Source: Eledone cirrhosa (Eukaryota). From it: a stretch of DNA of 64,000 nucleotides. A model generated the notes under the pieces. It was not told the origin of the DNA, did not search any database, and was given only the letters and a program-made list of their open reading frames with translations. Numbering within the stretch: position 1 is the stretch's first letter; each line of letters starts with the position of its first letter. Both the position numbers and the translations under genes were made by a program. The DNA lies in contig OZ024755.1 of the NCBI GenBank assembly GCA_964016885.1, forward strand, positions 44,020,001 to 44,084,000. The letters run 5' to 3'. Of this stretch, positions 58,951 to 64,000 are shown in pieces.

Positions 58951-61900
58951 TACCAACATGTACCGTGTACCACAGTTGACAGTACCAACGTATACTGTGT
59001 ACCACAGTTGACAATACCAACATATACTGTGTACCACAGTTGACAGTACCAACATATACTGTATACCACAGTTGAAAGTACCAACATATACTGTGTACCA
59101 CAGTTCACAGTACCAACGTATACTGTGTACCACATTTGACAGTACCAACATATACTGTGTACCACAGTTGACAGTACCAACATATACTGTGTACCACTTT
59201 TGACAGTACCAACATATACCGTGTATCACATTTGACAGTACCAACATATACTGTGTACCACTGTTGACAGTACCAATATATACCGTGTAACACAGTTGAC
59301 AGTACCAACATATACTGTGTACCACAGCTGACACTACCAACATATACTTGTACCTCAGTTGACAGTACTACCATATATTGTGTACCACCGTTGACAATAC
59401 CAACGTATACTGTGTACCACAGTTGACAGTACCAACGTATATTGTGCACCACAGTTGACAGTACCAACATATACTGTGTACCACAGTTGACAATACCAAC
59501 ATATACTGTGTACCACAGTTGACAATACCAACACATATAGTGTACCATAGTTGACTGTACCAACGTATATTGTGTACCACAGTTGCCAATGCCAACATAT
59601 ACTGTGTACCACAGTTGAGAGTACCAACATGTACCGTGTACCACAGTTGACAGTGCCAACGTATACTGTGTACCACAGTTGACAATACCAACATATACTG
59701 TGTACCACAGTTGACAGTACCAACATATACTGTGTACCCTAGTTGAAAGTACCAACGTATACTGTGTACCACAGTTGACAACACCAACATATACTGTGTA
59801 TCACAGTTGACAGTACCAACATATACTGTATACCACAGTTGACAGTACCAACATATACTGTGTACCACAGTTGACAGTACCAACATATACTGTGTACCAC
59901 AGTTGACAGTACCAACATATACTGTATACCACAGTTGACAGTACCAACATATACTGTTTACCACTGTTGACAGTACCAACATATACCGTGTACCACAGTT
60001 GACAGTACCAACATATACTGTGTACCACAGCTGACACTACCAACATATACTTGTACCTCAGTTGACAGTACTACCATATATTGTGTACCACCGTTGACAA
60101 TACCAACGTATACTGTGTACCACAGTTGACAGTACCAACGTATACTGTGCACCACAGTTGACAGTACCAACATATACTGTGTACCACAGTTGGCAGTACC
60201 AACATATAATGTGTACCTCAGTTGACAGTACCAACATATACTGTGTACCACAGTTGACAGTACCAACGTATACTGTGTACCACAGTTGACAGTACCAACG
60301 TATACTGTGTACCACAGTTAACAGTACCAATATATACTGTGTAACACAGTTGACAATACCAACATATAATGTGTACCACAGTTGACAGTACCAACGTATA
60401 CTGTGAATCACTGTTGGCAATACCAACATATACTGTGTACTACAGTTGACAGAACCAACATATACAGTGTACCACAGTTGACAGTACCAACATATACTGT
60501 GTACCACAGTTGACAGTACCAACATATACTGTGTACCACAGTTGACAGAACCAACATGTACCGTGAACCACAGTTGACAGTACCAACGTATACTGTGTAC
60601 CACAGTTGAGAGTACCAACGTATAGTGTGTACCACAGTTGACAGTACCAACATATACTGTGTACCACAGTTGACAGTACCAACATATACTGTGTACCACA
60701 GTTCACAGTACCAACGTATACTGTGTACCACATTTGACAGTACCAACATATACTGTGTACCACAGTTGACAGTACCAACATATACTGTGTACCACTTTTG
60801 ACAGTACCAACATATACCGTGTATCACATTTGACAGTACCAACATGTACCGTGTACCACAGTTGACAGTACCAACGTATACTGTGTACCACAGTTGACAA
60901 TACCAACATATACTGTGTACCACAGTTGACAGTACCAACATATACTGTATACCACAGTTGAAAGTACCAACGTATACTGTGTACCACAGTTGACAACACC
61001 AACATATACTGTGTACCACAGTTGACAGTACCAACATATACTGTATACCACAGTTGACAGTACCAACATATACTGTGTACCACAGTTGACAGTACCAACA
61101 TATACTGTGTACCACAGTTGACAGTACCAACATATACTGTATACCAGAGTTGACAGTACCAACATATACTGTGTACCACTGTTGACAGTACCAACATATA
61201 CAGTGTACCACAGTTGACATTACCAACATATACTGTGTACCACAGCTGACAATACCAACATATACTTGTACCTCAGTTGAGAGTACTACCATATATTTGT
61301 GTACCACCGTTGACAATACCAACGTATACTGTGTACCACAGTTGACAGTACCAACGTATACTGTGCACCACAGTTGACAGTACCAACATATACTGTGTAC
61401 CACAGTTGACAATACCAACATATACTGTGTACCACAGTTGACAATACCAACACATATAGTGTACCACAGTTGACAATACCAACACATATAGTGTACCACA
61501 GTTGACAGTACCAACGTATACTGTTTACCACAGTTGACAATACCAACATATACTGTGTACCAGAGTTGACAGTACCCACATATACTGTGTACCACAGTTG
61601 ACAGTTCCAACATATAAGGTGTACCACTGTTGATACTACCGACATATACTGTGTAACACAGTTGACAGTACTAACATATACTGTGTACCACAGTTGAGAG
61701 TACCACCATATACTGGGTACCACTGTTGACAGTACCAACATATACTGTGTACCATAGTTGACAGTACCAACATATCCTGTGTACCTCAGTTGTCAGTACC
61801 AACATATAGTGTATACCACAGTTGACAGTACCAACATATACTGTGTACCACTGTTGAGAGTACCAACATATACCGTGTACCACAGTTGACAGTACCAACA

Positions 61901-62850
61901 TATACTGTGTACCACAGCTGACACTACCAACATATACTTGTACCTCAATTGACAGTACTACCATATATTGTGTACCACCGTTGACAATACCAACGTATAC
62001 TGTGTACCACAGTTGACAGTACCAACGTATACTGTGCACCACTGTTGACAGTACCAACATATACTGTGTACCACAGTTGACAATACCAACATATACTGTG
62101 TACCACAGTTGACAATACCAACACATATAGTGTACCACAGTTGACAGTACCAACGTATACTGTGTACCACAGTTGCGAATGCCAACATATACTGTGTACC
62201 ACAGTTGAGAGTACCAACATGTACCGTGTACCACAGTTGACACTACCAACGTATACTGTGTACCACAGTTGACAATACCAACATATACTGTGTACCACAG
62301 TTGACAGTACCAACATATATTGTGTACCACAGTTGAAAGTACCAACGTATACTGTGTACCACAGTTGACAACACCAACATATACTGTGTACCACAGTTGA
62401 CAGTACCAACATATACTGTATACCACAGTTGACAGTACCAACATATACTGTGTACCACAGTTGACAGTACCAACATATACTGTGTACCACAGTTGACAGT
62501 ACCAACATATACTGTATACCACAGTTGACAGTACCAACATATACTGTGTACCACTGTTGACAGTACCAACATATACCGTGTACCACAGTTGACAGTACCA
62601 ACAGATACTGTGTACCACAACTGACACTACCAACATATACTTGTACCTCAGTTGACAGTATTACCATATATTGTGTACCACCGTTGACAATACCAACGTA
62701 TACTGTGTACCACAGTTGACAGTACCAACGTATACTGTGCACCACTTTTGAGAGTACCAAAATATACTGTGTACCACATTTGACAATACCAACATATACT
62801 GTGTACCACAGTTGACAATACCAACACATATAGTGTACCACAGTTGACAG
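53630..62850. repeat. Patchy dispersed duplication: ~53630-55400 related to ~61110-62850 (offset varies, ~7350-7480)
   Basis: Private markers are shared in order: gagagtactacc (~53799/61279), ttccaacatataaggtgtaccactgttgatactaccgac (~54220/61605), ctcaattgac (54591/61944), cagtattacc (~55207/62656). The offset changes mostly by whole monomers. Confidence 0.8.
57350..60970. repeat. Near-tandem duplication at offset 1886 bp (59 monomers): ~57350-59085 recopied at ~59236-60970
   Basis: ORF pairs 57469/59355, 57915/59801, 58172/60058 and 58554/60440 are offset 1886 = 59x32-2 (two 31-bp monomers). The marker gtgaatcactgttggcaa is shared (~58517/60403). Confidence 0.92.
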
Positions 62851-62869
62851 TACCAACGAATACTGTGTA

Positions 62870-64000
62870 CCATAGTTGACAGTACCAAAATATACTGTGT
62901 GCCACAGTTGACAGTACTAAGGGTATACTGTGTACCACACTTGACAGTACCAACATATAACGTGTACCACAGTTGGCAGTACCATCATATACTGTGTACC
63001 ACAGTTGACAGTACCAACATATACTGTGTACCACAGTTGACAGTACCAACATATACTGTGTACCATAGTTGACAGTACCAACGTATATTGTGTACCACAG
63101 TTGACAGTACCAACATACACCGTGTACGACAGTTGACAGTACCAACATATACTGTGTACCACAGTTGAGAGTACCAACATAAACTGTGTACCATAGTTGA
63201 CAGTACCAACATATACTGTGTACCACAGTTGACAGTACCAACATATACTGTGTACCACAGTTGACAGTACCAACATATACTGTATACCACAGTTGACAGT
63301 ACCAACATATACTGTGTACCACAGTTGACAGTACCAACATATACTGTGTACCACAGTTGACAGTACCAACATATACTGTGTACCACAGTTGACAGTACTA
63401 ACATATACTGTTTACTACAGTTGACAGTACCATCATATACTGTGTACCACAGTTGACAGTACCAACATGTACTGTGTACCACAGTTGACAGTACCAACAT
63501 ATACTGTGTACCACAGTTGGCAGTACCAACATATAATGTGTACCTCAGTTGTCAGTACCAACATATACTGTGTACCACAGTTGACAGTACCAACGTATAC
63601 TGTGTACCACAGTTGACAGTACCAACGTATACTGTGTACCACCGCTGACAGTACCAATATGTACTGTGTAACAAAGTTGACAATACCAACATATAATGTG
63701 TACCACAGTTGACAGTACCAACGTATACTGTGTACCACTGTTGACAATACCAACATATACTGTGTACCACAGTTGACAGTACCAACATATACAGTGTACC
63801 ACAGTTGACAGTACCAACATATACTGTGTACCACAGTTCACAGTACCAACGTATACTGTGTACCACATTTGAAAGTACCAACATATACTGTGTACCACAG
63901 TTGACAGTAGCAACATATACTGTGTACCACTGTTCACAGTACCAACATATACCGTGTACCACAGTTGACAGTACCAACATATACTGTGTACCACTGTTGA
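62870..64000. repeat. Block homologous to ~14515-15640 and ~17650-18780 (offset 48357 from the first)
   Basis: ORFs 62917..63372 and 62985..63500 nearly match 14560..15015 and 14628..15143. Shared markers are gtgccacag, tactaaggg, cacacttgac, ctcagttgtcag, caccgctgac and gtaacaaag. Confidence 0.85.

Larger units (their letters stand above)
1..64000. repeat. Tandem satellite array, 32-bp monomer GTTGACAGTACCAACATATACTGTGTACCACA, ~2,000 head-to-tail copies, running off both window ends
   Basis: The monomer is readable on every line. Most copies are exact or have 1-3 substitutions. Rare indels give 30-, 31-, 33- and 37-bp monomers. No inversion or foreign insert was seen. A consensus monomer has one GTTGAC (HincII) and two GTAC (RsaI) sites. 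Confidence 0.99.

Noticed and set aside
196-63994. Minus-strand ORFs as real CDSs (up to 779 aa)
   Set aside because: They overlap in all three frames with the same peptide, result from a stop-free 32-mer, and begin and end at random variant monomers. They have no unique domain and the repeat length is not a multiple of 3.
1-64000. CRISPR array (repeat-sized unit with a GTTG...CAAC dyad)
   Set aside because: Units abut directly with no unique spacers. The 17 bp between dyads is as conserved as the dyad itself. There is no leader and no cas gene.
1-64000. TALE-like or antigenic-variation repeat code (32-aa repeats with variable residues), or a diversity-generating cassette system
   Set aside because: Variation is spread across all monomer positions rather than confined to fixed codons, and it includes stops and frameshifts. 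No expression locus, recombinase or reverse transcriptase is present.
1-64000. Bacterial -35 promoter elements (TTGACA in each monomer, occasional TATAAT variant)
   Set aside because: TTGACA and TATACT/TATAAT are only 9 bp apart within a monomer (41 bp to the next), not 16-18 bp. The context is satellite DNA, so the match is coincidental.
1-64000. Telomerase-type telomeric repeat or plasmid iterons
   Set aside because: There is no G-run-rich strand. The unit is longer than the long yeast telomeric repeats I know of. Kilobase-scale inherited variant patterns indicate recombinational amplification rather than templated addition, and no rep gene or origin is present.
1-64000. Whole array as a sequencing artefact or synthetic concatemer
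   Set aside because: Variants are reproduced faithfully in ordered blocks at several divergence levels, unlike random read error or rolling-circle copies of one template. Individual near-identical duplications (6337, 3138 bp) still need read validation.

Overview
The whole 64-kb window is one uninterrupted head-to-tail tandem satellite/minisatellite array of a 32-bp monomer, consensus GTTGACAGTACCAACATATACTGTGTACCACA (about 2,000 copies, 13/32 GC, one orientation throughout). I saw no unique sequence, transposon, RNA gene or credible protein-coding gene. The many minus-strand ORFs come from the monomer itself: its reverse complement has no stop triplet and 32 is not divisible by 3, so all three frames give the same 32-aa repeat (MLVLSTVVHSICWYCQLWYTVYVGTVNCGTQY) per 96 bp. 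The information lies in the pattern of variant monomers. It shows (i) a degenerate higher-order repeat, an ordered series of marker monomers recurring every ~2.7-3.7 kb; (ii) nested recent block duplications at offsets of 1158/1190, 1886, 2237, 3138, 3264/3360, 6337 and 9954/11111 bp; (iii) a change to a shorter marker period after ~51.8 kb; and (iv) mutational hints (CG/CA/TG alleles at one site, palindrome-perfecting variants). The organisation is typical of eukaryotic satellite DNA, but the taxon cannot be assigned from the sequence. I found no convincing evidence for a new gene system. Boundaries were read by eye and from ORF-track offsets, so they are approximate to about one or two monomers.
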